From positions 1-42,804 of the IMG/VR virus record IMGVR_UViG_3300042262_000097: a DNA stretch of 42,804 bases; one strand, 5' to 3'. Every line of letters begins with the position of its first letter. Positions within the stretch are counted from its first letter, which is position 1. This document shows, piece by piece, positions 1 to 7,465 of this stretch. Origin of the DNA: a virus. Taxonomy: Duplodnaviria; Caudoviricetes. The notes under the pieces are model-generated. The model had not been told where the DNA came from, did not search any database, and worked only from the letters and a program-made list of their open reading frames with translations. The position numbers and the translations under genes are program-made.

Positions 1-2
1 GG

Positions 3-281
3 TTTCTGTCGGCGCATGGCCTGCCCGTCGAGACCCCCGCCGCGCGCCTTTCCGAACTGACCACCCATCGCCGCGCCCGCGAAACCGCCATTCTGGAGGC
101 CCTGACCCAGGGTCCCGCCGGTCTCGATGCGCTGACGGCACGGGTCTACAGCGACGTATCCCCCGCCCTCCAGCCCGCAGCCCGCCGCAACCTTCTGGCG
201 CATCTCATTGATCTGTCTCACAGAAAGCAGATCACAGCCGACCGGCCCACGCTGCATTCCGCGACCTTCACCCGCTCCTGA
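3..281 (+). CDS. MBL-fold metallo-hydrolase, C-terminal part (partial, runs off window start)
   Basis: Manual translation FLSAHGLPVETPAARLSELTTHRRARETAIL...VYSDV...AARRNLLAHLIDL...RS*; the HG motif and HRxxRE followed by a winged-helix tail are typical of LACTB2-like MBL hydrolases. Confidence 0.7.
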   Translation, partial: FLSAHGLPVETPAARLSELTTHRRARETAILEALTQGPAGLDALTARVYSDVSPALQPAARRNLLAHLIDLSHRKQITADRPTLHSATFTRS

Positions 282-367
282 CCAGCGCCTGACCCATCCG
301 AGAACGCCACACATCGGCCCCGAAAAACTTTCTGCTCCAACCCTGTCATTTTTCTGCAATACCCCTC

Positions 368-396
368 TTGCGACCCCCGAAACCCGAAGCTATACA
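368..396 (+). promoter_or_regulatory. sigma70-type promoter of tRNA-Asn
   Basis: TTGCGA-17 bp-TATACA, 11 bp upstream of the tRNA. Confidence 0.6.
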
Positions 397-407
397 CCGC
401 CTCGTGT

Positions 408-482
408 TCCGGCGTAGCTCAGCGGTAGAGCAGTTGACTGTTAATCAATTGGTCGTAGGTTCGATCCCTACCGCCGGAGCCA
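408..482 (+). tRNA. tRNA-Asn (GTT)
   Basis: TCCGGCG acceptor stem, D arm AGCTCAGCGGTAGAGC, anticodon GTT at 440-442, T loop GGTTCGATCC, encoded CCA end. Confidence 0.98.
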
Positions 483-483
483 A
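435..483 (+). repeat. attL core (49 bp)
   Basis: TGACTGTTAATCAATTGGTCGTAGGTTCGATCCCTACCGCCGGAGCCAA, identical at 38911-38959. Confidence 0.95.
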
Positions 484-595
484 AAATCCCTGAAAGATCA
501 GAGACTTGGCATTGCATACATAGGTATGCGTCCGCCTGTCCGCGCGCGTCCACGGCGGACGCGGACGCAAGGCAGGGTCTTTTCGAATCGGTGAC

Positions 596-610
596 GTTCT
601 GCAAATGTTC
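596..610 (+). promoter_or_regulatory. Alphaproteobacterial LexA (SOS) box
   Basis: GTTC-TGCAAAT-GTTC, an exact GTTC-N7-GTTC direct repeat 4 bp upstream of ATG 615. Confidence 0.8.
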
Positions 611-614
611 TCAC

Positions 615-827
615 ATGTGGACGCATCGGCCAGATACCGCGTTTGACAAGACAAGTCGCCTCGTTCTGCGAGACGGCATTGTTGTCGGCCATGTGCATCA
701 GGGAATGCAGGTCAAGACGCTGCGCTGGTTCTGGGCTTTGACCACTGGCCAAAATGGAAGCACCGCCACCATGCAAGAGGCATTGGAGGCGGTGCGTCAG
801 GCTGTGCTATCTGATGAACAGAGCTAG
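615..827 (+). CDS. 70-aa protein under predicted LexA control; candidate antirepressor
   Basis: MWTHRPDT...RWFWAL...EALEAVRQAVLSDEQS; lone + strand gene facing the early-left operon, directly behind the SOS box. Confidence 0.6.
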   Translation: MWTHRPDTAFDKTSRLVLRDGIVVGHVHQGMQVKTLRWFWALTTGQNGSTATMQEALEAVRQAVLSDEQS

Positions 828-1078
828 TGCCCTGTCGGGCTGAACGCGATGCAGCAAGGCTGGCCATCGGTGCCCACCTGCATTTCTGACGGATAATCAG
901 ACGAGCTGATGAGATGCAGAAACATCCGACCAAGAATGTCACACCTTTGGCAGTCTTTTGCGCAGTGCTCACAGACCTGTTCCATAAACAGTAGTCCCTC
1001 TTGTCCATTTGATGGCCGCCAAGGCTTACCAGCTTCGGCGGCCATCATGGCGGCATGCTCAGTTGTGAGAAACGGCAT
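824..1078 (-). CDS. Cys-rich hypothetical phage protein
   Basis: MPFLTT...RPSNGQEG...CEHC..DCQRC...QPCCIAF; GGAGG RBS upstream of ATG 1078. Confidence 0.6.
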   Translation of the reverse strand: MPFLTTEHAAMMAAEAGKPWRPSNGQEGLLFMEQVCEHCAKDCQRCDILGRMFLHLISSSDYPSEMQVGTDGQPCCIAFSPTGH

Positions 1079-1095
1079 ATTCGCCTCCGATCCTG

Positions 1096-1326
1096 TCAGG
1101 CCAGCGCCTGCTTGCATCCGTCACAAAGCCGGATGTAGTGGCCGCGCGCGGTGAATGTCTGGCCGCAGCAGACGCAATGTCGGTCTTCCTGTTGCAGGCG
1201 GCTTTCCCAGGCGCGCGCCCGGACACAGGCATTGTCATAGGAATTTGCCCGCCCCAAGATCATGCCACCATATTCGACGGTGTAGCTGTTTCCGACGCCC
1301 CGGATTTCGACATGTGGCGCGCGCAT
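1096..1326 (-). CDS. Hypothetical protein with C-terminal zinc ribbon
   Basis: MRAPHVEI...CVCCGQTF...LCDGC; start overlaps the upstream stop (TGATG). Confidence 0.65.
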   Translation of the reverse strand: MRAPHVEIRGVGNSYTVEYGGMILGRANSYDNACVRARAWESRLQQEDRHCVCCGQTFTARGHYIRLCDGCKQALA

Positions 1327-1595
1327 CAATGCACCCTCCCGGCTGCGTCGATAGCGGCGGCAGGATCGACGCCGACCACCTCGGTATGACCGCCGAACGG
1401 CCGCGTGGCGGCCTTGATCATGCGCAGGGCGCAGAACGGGCAGTCGCAGCCCGAGTAGTAAACGCCGGTCTTCAGATCGGTCGTTTCCGCGACCACCAGC
1501 AGGTTCTTCATCTCGACGCCCTGCACAGCATTCAGCGCCGTTTGCAGCGCATCCAGCGCGGCGCGGACGGCCGGTTCTTCCAGAAACTTCTTCAT
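1326..1595 (-). CDS. Hypothetical phage protein (CxCxxC)
   Basis: 89-aa ORF, ATGA-coupled to the integrase stop. Confidence 0.65.
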   Translation of the reverse strand: MKKFLEEPAVRAALDALQTALNAVQGVEMKNLLVVAETTDLKTGVYYSGCDCPFCALRMIKAATRPFGGHTEVVGVDPAAAIDAAGRVH

Positions 1596-2794
1596 GCCTT
1601 CTTTCCTTTCGGGGCCAGCGACAGGGCCGCCACGGCCCGGCTGGCGGTTTCAAAACTGGCCGGGGTGTAGGTTTCCGCCAGCGTCGGATTGACGGCCATG
1701 CTGTTGCCCAGCACGTCGCCCACATCGTCATCGGTCACGCCTGCCGCACGGGCCAGCACCCCGAAGGTGCGGCGCAGATCGCGGAATTGCAGATCCGCAA
1801 CCGAGGGCATGGCGCCATGTTCCGGCGCAGCCGCATGGGCGCGCAGCGCCAGCCACCGCTTGTTGAACAGAAATTCGCTGAACGCCTGACCCGTCGCCTC
1901 GTCGCGGATCAGCGCATCGGTGGCCAGCAGCGGCCGGGCAGCGGTGCCGGCATTGGCCAGCGCCGCCCGCAGGGCTGGCACCGCCTCGTCATGCACCACC
2001 ATGGCCCCCAGATTGCCCCGCTTGGACCGGCGCAGGGTCCAGACCCAGCGCATGCGCGGTTCTGCCTCGCCCGGCGCCAGCCACGGCCGCAGCGCAAAGG
2101 CGCCGCGCTGCGCCTCGCGAATGTCGGTCTGGCGCTGGCCCTGCAAGACGCCCAGCCGGATCGCCAGCGCCATGGAATGCAGCCCCAGCGCCTCGGCCGA
2201 GGCGATCAGCGCACGCACTTCCTCCACCGTCGCCGCCCTGTTGCGCGGCGCGGGCGTCTTCACCTTGAGCCGCAGGCAGGGGTTCGAGTTCTCGCGCCGC
2301 CAGCCCAGAACTTCGGCATGGGCAAACAGAATGGACATCATGCGGATCAGCGCCTGCGCCATGCGCGGGCCGCGCGTCCGGTGCAGGGTTTCATACCAGG
2401 CGTGCATAACCGCCTTGTCAAAGTCTGCCGCGCGATGCCCGCCCCATTTGTCGCCGATCACCAGCAGCAGCTTGTCATAGCTGTTGCGCGTCTTCGGTTT
2501 CAGACCTTCCTGCCAATGCACGCCGCTGCGATACGATCCGATCAGATCGGCAATCAGGCGCGAGCTGCGCTTGCCCGGCGCGGCGGGCTTGCCCTCGCGC
2601 ATCGCCTGCACCGCGGCGTTCAGCCGATCCGCCTCTTTCATCGACCAGGACAGCCGGTCGGCATCCAGCTCCACCGGCACGGCACCGGCGGCGCGGTCTT
2701 CCGCACGGGGTTCCCACCACATCCGCAGCGATCCGTCAGACCGTTCACGGGTGCGCAGGCCGCGCGGCATCTTCGGTTTCGCGGCTTTCTTCAT
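1592..2794 (-). CDS. int: Tyrosine recombinase / phage integrase
   Basis: GQRQTDI (Arg), RRSKRG (Lys), QFRDLRRTF, VLGNS, ETY (Tyr); start ATG 2794 overlaps the Xis stop. Confidence 0.9.
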   Translation of the reverse strand: MKKAAKPKMPRGLRTRERSDGSLRMWWEPRAEDRAAGAVPVELDADRLSWSMKEADRLNAAVQAMREGKPAAPGKRSSRLIADLIGSYRSGVHWQEGLKPKTRNSYDKLLLVIGDKWGGHRAADFDKAVMHAWYETLHRTRGPRMAQALIRMMSILFAHAEVLGWRRENSNPCLRLKVKTPAPRNRAATVEEVRALIASAEALGLHSMALAIRLGVLQGQRQTDIREAQRGAFALRPWLAPGEAEPRMRWVWTLRRSKRGNLGAMVVHDEAVPALRAALANAGTAARPLLATDALIRDEATGQAFSEFLFNKRWLALRAHAAAPEHGAMPSVADLQFRDLRRTFGVLARAAGVTDDDVGDVLGNSMAVNPTLAETYTPASFETASRAVAALSLAPKGKKA

Positions 2795-3057
2795 GCCCGG
2801 CGGGCCTCTTCCAGCAGAATGACATTCGGGCCTTCGGGCCGCATGGGCACCGGCATGGTGCGCGGCAGGCCCTGCGATGCCACCCAAGCCTCAACCGCAT
2901 CGCGGCGCCAGATCATCGGATTGCGGCAGGTCGGCATGGGCAGCGGGAAAGCAAGATCTTCTTCCAGCCGCTGACGCGCCAGCCGGAAGGCGGCCGCCGT
3001 GGCGTAGCCGGTCAGCGCGGCAACTTCTTCGGCGCGGATGAATGGGCGGGCGGTCAT
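2791..3057 (-). CDS. xis: Excisionase / AlpA-like winged-HTH protein
   Basis: FIRAEEVAALTG...FPLP...IWRRDAVEAWV, directly upstream of int. Confidence 0.75.
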   Translation of the reverse strand: MTARPFIRAEEVAALTGYATAAAFRLARQRLEEDLAFPLPMPTCRNPMIWRRDAVEAWVASQGLPRTMPVPMRPEGPNVILLEEARRA

Positions 3058-3398
3058 GCCATGGCCTCAATAGCCCGCATCGCTTTGGAAGCGGCGATTT
3101 CAGCTATGTTCCAGGCATCGAACGCGTTAGCGTCCAGAAAGCTGTCCGCGATGTTCATTTTTGGCATCGCCTCACGGAAGAAGCGATCCATCGAAACGAT
3201 GGCCGAAATGATTTCCTGCATAGACGAGGCAGCGATAGCAATTCGCGCTTCAGCCAATTCCTCGGTGATAGCGGCGATCAGATCAGCAGCTTTGTTGTCT
3301 ACGTCAGACCCATGGGGCTTTCGTAGCGCCGCGATCAGACGATCAATATCCGAGCGGTCTATGGGGTCCATAACTGCCGCAATGCGATCAGCGCCCAT
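3054..3398 (-). CDS. Hypothetical early protein
   Basis: MGADRIAAV...; overlaps neighbouring genes at both ends. Confidence 0.55.
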   Translation of the reverse strand: MGADRIAAVMDPIDRSDIDRLIAALRKPHGSDVDNKAADLIAAITEELAEARIAIAASSMQEIISAIVSMDRFFREAMPKMNIADSFLDANAFDAWNIAEIAASKAMRAIEAMA

Positions 3399-3502
3399 CA
3401 CAGCCCCCTGCCCTTGACGTGTTCCCGGCGAAGCTGTTCCCACCGCTGGCCGATCATCAGGCCGCAGCCAAGGCCAAACAGCAGGGCAAAGACTTCCCAC
3501 AT
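3398..3502 (-). CDS. 34-aa membrane peptide
   Basis: MWEVFALLFGLGCGLMIGQRWEQLRREHVKGRGL; one TM-like segment plus basic tail, AGGA upstream, stop overlaps the next start. Confidence 0.5.
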   Translation of the reverse strand: MWEVFALLFGLGCGLMIGQRWEQLRREHVKGRGL

Positions 3503-3603
3503 GGCGGATTTCCTGAAAAACCCCCGACCGGCCGTCTGCGGGCGGGGTAGCGGTTTCGGGGCTGGCGGCGAGCAGCTCGCCACGGACGGCCCCCGGCGAA
3601 AAC

Positions 3604-3876
3604 TCAGGTCGCGTCAGGCAGCGCGGCGTGATCGACGGTGATGCGCAGATTGCGGCCGATGGTGCGCCGCATGGCCTCGGCGCTGGCGACCATGAGGCGG
3701 CCGCCCTGCGCCATGACGCGGCTGCCCTGTGCGGTGCCGGGCGGCATGGCGAGGCTGATTTCCGCGCCCTCGGCGATCTGACGGCCCCAGAGGGCGAAGG
3801 TGTCGCAGGCGTAGCGATAGCCGCGCAGCTCGTCTTCAGTCAGGGCGCGGTGCTGCGGCAGGCGGCGGTCGATCAT
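3604..3876 (-). CDS. Hypothetical early protein
   Basis: 90-aa ORF, ATGA overlap with the upstream gene. Confidence 0.6.
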   Translation of the reverse strand: MIDRRLPQHRALTEDELRGYRYACDTFALWGRQIAEGAEISLAMPPGTAQGSRVMAQGGRLMVASAEAMRRTIGRNLRITVDHAALPDAT

Positions 3877-4112
3877 TGGAAACCCGCCTCCGCTTCGTTG
3901 AGAGCGTCCGCGAGCTGGCGCAAGAGCGGTGCCACCATGCAGTGCGCTTCAGATGCGCAGTGATAGGAACGAAAGCGCCTGATGAACCTTTCCTTCGCGC
4001 CATTAATATCGCTCAAGTGCGTGGCGACGATGGCAAGAACGTCCAGCATATCCTCGGGCGACCCCCAGAAATGTTCGGCAACGTCGCTCTGATCTACGGT
4101 AGCCGTGATCAT
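3873..4112 (-). CDS. Hypothetical early protein
   Basis: MITATVDQS...; ATGA overlaps at both ends. Confidence 0.6.
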   Translation of the reverse strand: MITATVDQSDVAEHFWGSPEDMLDVLAIVATHLSDINGAKERFIRRFRSYHCASEAHCMVAPLLRQLADALNEAEAGFQ

Positions 4113-4360
4113 CCCCGCGCCCCCGGAAACATCAGCACGTTTTCCCCGGTCAGGATGTCGCGGGCGAGTTCGGCGCGGCGGCGCCATTGCAGCAGTTCTT
4201 CCATCGCCGGGCGGGCAATGACCATGAACAGCGCCGCGTCGGCATCGTTGTAGGTGTTGGCCTCGATCCGCTCGGCCGCGCTGATGCTGGCGGCGAGCAT
4301 GTCATCGGTGATTTCGCTCCCATGTGCGCGAGGCACGGGCGCCGTGTGTGCAAGCGGCAT
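4109..4360 (-). CDS. Hypothetical protein, first gene of the early-left operon
   Basis: AGGAG RBS; C-terminal NVLMFP motif common in alphaproteobacterial phage proteins. Confidence 0.65.
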   Translation of the reverse strand: MPLAHTAPVPRAHGSEITDDMLAASISAAERIEANTYNDADAALFMVIARPAMEELLQWRRRAELARDILTGENVLMFPGARG

Positions 4361-4390
4361 AATCGTCTCCTGTGCGGTCTACTGCACAAG

Positions 4391-4419
4391 AGTTAGGTGT
4401 TAGCTGTGCTCAGTGTCAA
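4391..4419 (-). promoter_or_regulatory. Putative PL promoter
   Basis: Minus-strand TTGACA (4414-4419) with a CTAACT -10-like element 17 bp downstream, ahead of the leftward operon. Confidence 0.5.
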
Positions 4420-4455
4420 CGGCTTTCGTGAGATAAATGCAATATTTTGTGAGGA

Positions 4456-4764
4456 TCATCTCACGGTCGGCATGGTTCCGAATACCAAAGCGCACTCTGT
4501 AGGGCTTTGACGCATGAAGACCTGCCAAGCTTCATCGACCCCGTGAACGGAGAGGCAAAAGGCAAGGTAAACGTTGATTTCCGCGCTTTGCAGTGTTGCC
4601 TTTGGCCCTAGCGGTATGCGCCGCAGCGCCATGAAGACCCTGCCAAGTTTTTCCAGTTCTTCCGCTGTCGGGCGAAGCTTAACCCCGGTCGATTTATCAA
4701 TGACATAGTGTTTTCCAAGGAATGTCTTTCCATAGGTAAAGCGATTATTTTCAAAGAACTTCAC
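4456..4764 (-). CDS. AT-rich hypothetical protein co-transcribed with cI
   Basis: 102-aa ORF; GTGA overlap with the cI stop; visibly lower GC than its flanks. Confidence 0.6.
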   Translation of the reverse strand: MKFFENNRFTYGKTFLGKHYVIDKSTGVKLRPTAEELEKLGRVFMALRRIPLGPKATLQSAEINVYLAFCLSVHGVDEAWQVFMRQSPTECALVFGTMPTVR

Positions 4765-5402
4765 TGAACCCTCCAGCTCGCGATAACCTTGCCCATCACG
4801 ACAACATTATTCCCGTCAACCACATAGACCCTCGCATCCGCAGGGTCCGCGCTGGCTGCCACCAGGACGGGCGGCTCGAACCTGCGCAACACGGTAACGG
4901 CGCTGGCCGTCGCGTTGCTGTAGATCTGGGCTACAACCACATCACCGGCCTTGAGCCGTTCGCTGGCGTGAGTATCAACCAGCATATAGTCACCAACCAG
5001 AAGGCCGCCCAGCACCATAGCGCCGCTTTTCACGCGCCAAATGTCGATGCCGGGCCTCTCCTTGCCCAGAACCTGCGCAATGCTGCGCACCTCATGCGCC
5101 AGCCCGGCTTCGGGGCCGGGAACCCATGCCGAGGCATCACTTTCAGAAAATCCGGGGGAAAAAGCCTGTGCTGTAGGGGCATCGGCCAAACCTGCGCGCG
5201 TAAGAAGCTCGCTCAGTTCAACCCCAATTTGCGCCGCTATGATCTTTGCCTGATCAAGCGACATCTCCTGATGCCCATTCATGATGCGCGAAATGACAGC
5301 CCGATCACGGCTTATAGCTGCCGCCAGATCGGCCGAGGTCTTCCCACTCGCACGAAGGCGCTTTTTGAGCCAATCCTTATCCACGGGGTCTAGATAGTCC
5401 AC
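4761..5402 (-). CDS. cI: CI-like repressor (XRE HTH + degenerate S24 domain)
   Basis: N-terminal HTH (SADLAAAISRDRAVISRIMNG), C-terminal S24-like fold (GDYMLVD, GDVVVA, VMGKVI); divergent from cro; true start may be GTG 5384. Confidence 0.88.
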   Translation of the reverse strand: MDYLDPVDKDWLKKRLRASGKTSADLAAAISRDRAVISRIMNGHQEMSLDQAKIIAAQIGVELSELLTRAGLADAPTAQAFSPGFSESDASAWVPGPEAGLAHEVRSIAQVLGKERPGIDIWRVKSGAMVLGGLLVGDYMLVDTHASERLKAGDVVVAQIYSNATASAVTVLRRFEPPVLVAASADPADARVYVVDGNNVVVMGKVIASWRVQ

Positions 5403-5407
5403 CGCCG

Positions 5408-5471
5408 CCTCACCAATAAGTGAGGTTGCCTCAATTTTTCTCTGGACGTGAGGCAGATTGAGCCGCTATAT
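5408..5471. promoter_or_regulatory. cI/cro operator-promoter region
   Basis: Inverted repeats CCTCAC/GTGAGG (5408-5425) and TGCCTCA/TGAGGCA (5427-5455), overlapping TGGACG...GCTATAT promoter-like elements. Confidence 0.6.
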
Positions 5472-5479
5472 GCGGTGTT

Positions 5480-5800
5480 ATGACTGAGCACCTCACACCA
5501 GCACAGGTAGTAGAACACATGATCGGGCCGCCCGAAGTGGTTGGCCCCGCAATCGGTGTCGACAGGACTACGCTCTACCAATGGTTGCGGCCCTCAAAGC
5601 ACCGCGATGCGGGCGACATCCCCAGCGCGCGCAACATGCGGCGCCTGCTGGCCTATGCAGCGGCGCGCGGCATCCCGCTGCGCGCCGATCATCTGATCTT
5701 CGGGGCGCACCGCACCGAGATCGAGGCACTTATGAAAACCCCGCGTCCGCCGATGCCCCCGGCCATTCCGGCCCCGGCACGACCGGAGGCGGCGGCATGA
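5480..5800 (+). CDS. cro: Cro-like HTH regulator
   Basis: IGPPEVVGPAIGVDRTTLYQW...GDIP; divergent from cI. Confidence 0.8.
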   Translation: MTEHLTPAQVVEHMIGPPEVVGPAIGVDRTTLYQWLRPSKHRDAGDIPSARNMRRLLAYAAARGIPLRADHLIFGAHRTEIEALMKTPRPPMPPAIPAPARPEAAA

Positions 5801-6192
5801 CCTCCCTGACCCACAGCCCTTTTGCCTGTCCTCTCGCAATTGCCTCGGGCTGTGGCGCACTGGCGGGGCGCCCTGCGCGTCCCGCCTCTTTTTCGGGTTT
5901 CCATCGCCGGGTTAGGCCCCCGGTGAAGGCCCCCGGCGGCGCGCGATACTGGCAAGCGGGCGCGGCAGCCGTCGGGGGCCGGACAGGCGCGGGAACAGAC
6001 GCGCCTGTTTCCCATTCAGACCGCCGGGGTTTGGTGTTCCCCGGCGCAGGCCCCCTGCGTTGCGCCCCCAGTAGCGGCGCAGGCGCGGGCCGGGCGGGCG
6101 TGAAAAGAGCAGACGCGCCCGCCTTCTCCAACATGGGGGGCGACTGCGCCCCTGTCCAGCCGTGCAACCGCGATCAGGAGGCCCTGCCATGA
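5797..6192 (+). CDS. Possible low-complexity hypothetical protein
   Basis: ATGA overlaps at both ends, but the sequence is Gly/Ala/Pro-rich and hairpin-dense. Confidence 0.3.
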   Translation: MTSLTHSPFACPLAIASGCGALAGRPARPASFSGFHRRVRPPVKAPGGARYWQAGAAAVGGRTGAGTDAPVSHSDRRGLVFPGAGPLRCAPSSGAGAGRAGVKRADAPAFSNMGGDCAPVQPCNRDQEALP

Positions 6193-6530
6193 CCGATGCC
6201 CCCCGTCGTCTGAGCCTCGCCGATCAGGCGCTGGCCAATGCGCTGGCCTTCGTGGCCCTGCCGGTGATCGAGGATGAACGCATGTCCATGGTGCTGGGCG
6301 AGCTGCCGGGGCTGTTGCCCGCTGCCTCGACCCAGATCCCCGCCATGGCGCGGCTGGTGCATGCCGGTGTGTCGATCATGGCCATCGCGCCCCGCCGTCA
6401 AAGCATGTCGGCGGACTGGTGCGGTGCCCTGATGGAGCTGCGCGCCGCGCTGGCAGAGTTCTTTTTCTGGCGCGGGGGGCTGGCCATCGACGCCCTGCGC
6501 GCCGCCACCGCAGAGCAAGGGGCTGCATGA
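6189..6530 (+). CDS. Hypothetical protein
   Basis: AGGAGG RBS, MTDAPRR... Confidence 0.65.
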   Translation: MTDAPRRLSLADQALANALAFVALPVIEDERMSMVLGELPGLLPAASTQIPAMARLVHAGVSIMAIAPRRQSMSADWCGALMELRAALAEFFFWRGGLAIDALRAATAEQGAA

Positions 6531-7462
6531 TGACAGAGACCTTCAAGCCGATTGACCTGAGCAATATGACCGGCGCCGATCTGGAACGCCTGCAAGAGGC
6601 GATCATTTCGCTTCGTGAGGCAGGAGACGAGCTGAAGCGCGGCTATGCCGAGCCGCTGCGCTATGCCATGTCGCCGGGCGGCACATGCGCCATTTATCTG
6701 ACGCCTCTGTTTGCCGCGACGTTGCCCGACAAGACCTGTTCCAGAACTGATTTCTACGTCGCGGAAGGAAAAGCGACGGCCGCGGCTACCCGTGAACAAT
6801 GGTTCAAAGCCCGCGAGAGGGAATATTTTTCCGCACGCCGGGGCGCACCGCATGATGAAGTGACAGAGCCGCAGGCAGCCGAGGAGTTCGACCCGACCGG
6901 CAAGCCGCTGGAACCGATGCAGGCCGAAGCTTCGTCCAAGCCCGGCCGGGCCGATGCCTGGACGGAACTGGAACTGTCGCAGGTGTTTGAGGCGGGCGTT
7001 GAAACGCTGCTGGCGGGCCGGGCACTGACCAGCGCGGCGCAGCCGCTGGCCGATGCGCTGGGTCGCACGGTCGCCGCCTGCCAGAAACAGTTGAAAGTCG
7101 CCCGCGAACGGATCGAGGAACGCGCCGCCGAACTGACGCCGCGCCCCGCCGATCCCGAACCCTTTGCCGATCCGGTGTCCCCGCCAGCCGCTGCCCGTGT
7201 GCAGCACAATCTGCCGACCGATGATCTGCAAGCGCATCTGAATACCCATGCCGCCACCGGCGGCTGGACGGCGGCCGACGATCTGCGCCTGTTCGATCTG
7301 TCCGAAACCGGCTGGCCGATGCATGAAGTCGCGCTGGAAATCGGAAAATCCAGCGACGAAGTGAAACGGCGGTTTGAGCTGCTGACCGACAAGAAGGGCC
7401 GCAAATTCGCGCGCGCCGATGTGCTGGACCGCCTGCGCCTGATGCAGCCGGTGGAAGCCTGA
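6527..7462 (+). CDS. DNA-binding protein with two Myb/GcrA-like HTH repeats
   Basis: AWTELE...LADALGRTVAAC and GWTAADD...EVALEIGKSSDEVKRR. Confidence 0.6.
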   Translation: MMTETFKPIDLSNMTGADLERLQEAIISLREAGDELKRGYAEPLRYAMSPGGTCAIYLTPLFAATLPDKTCSRTDFYVAEGKATAAATREQWFKAREREYFSARRGAPHDEVTEPQAAEEFDPTGKPLEPMQAEASSKPGRADAWTELELSQVFEAGVETLLAGRALTSAAQPLADALGRTVAACQKQLKVARERIEERAAELTPRPADPEPFADPVSPPAAARVQHNLPTDDLQAHLNTHAATGGWTAADDLRLFDLSETGWPMHEVALEIGKSSDEVKRRFELLTDKKGRKFARADVLDRLRLMQPVEA

Positions 7463-7465
7463 GCC

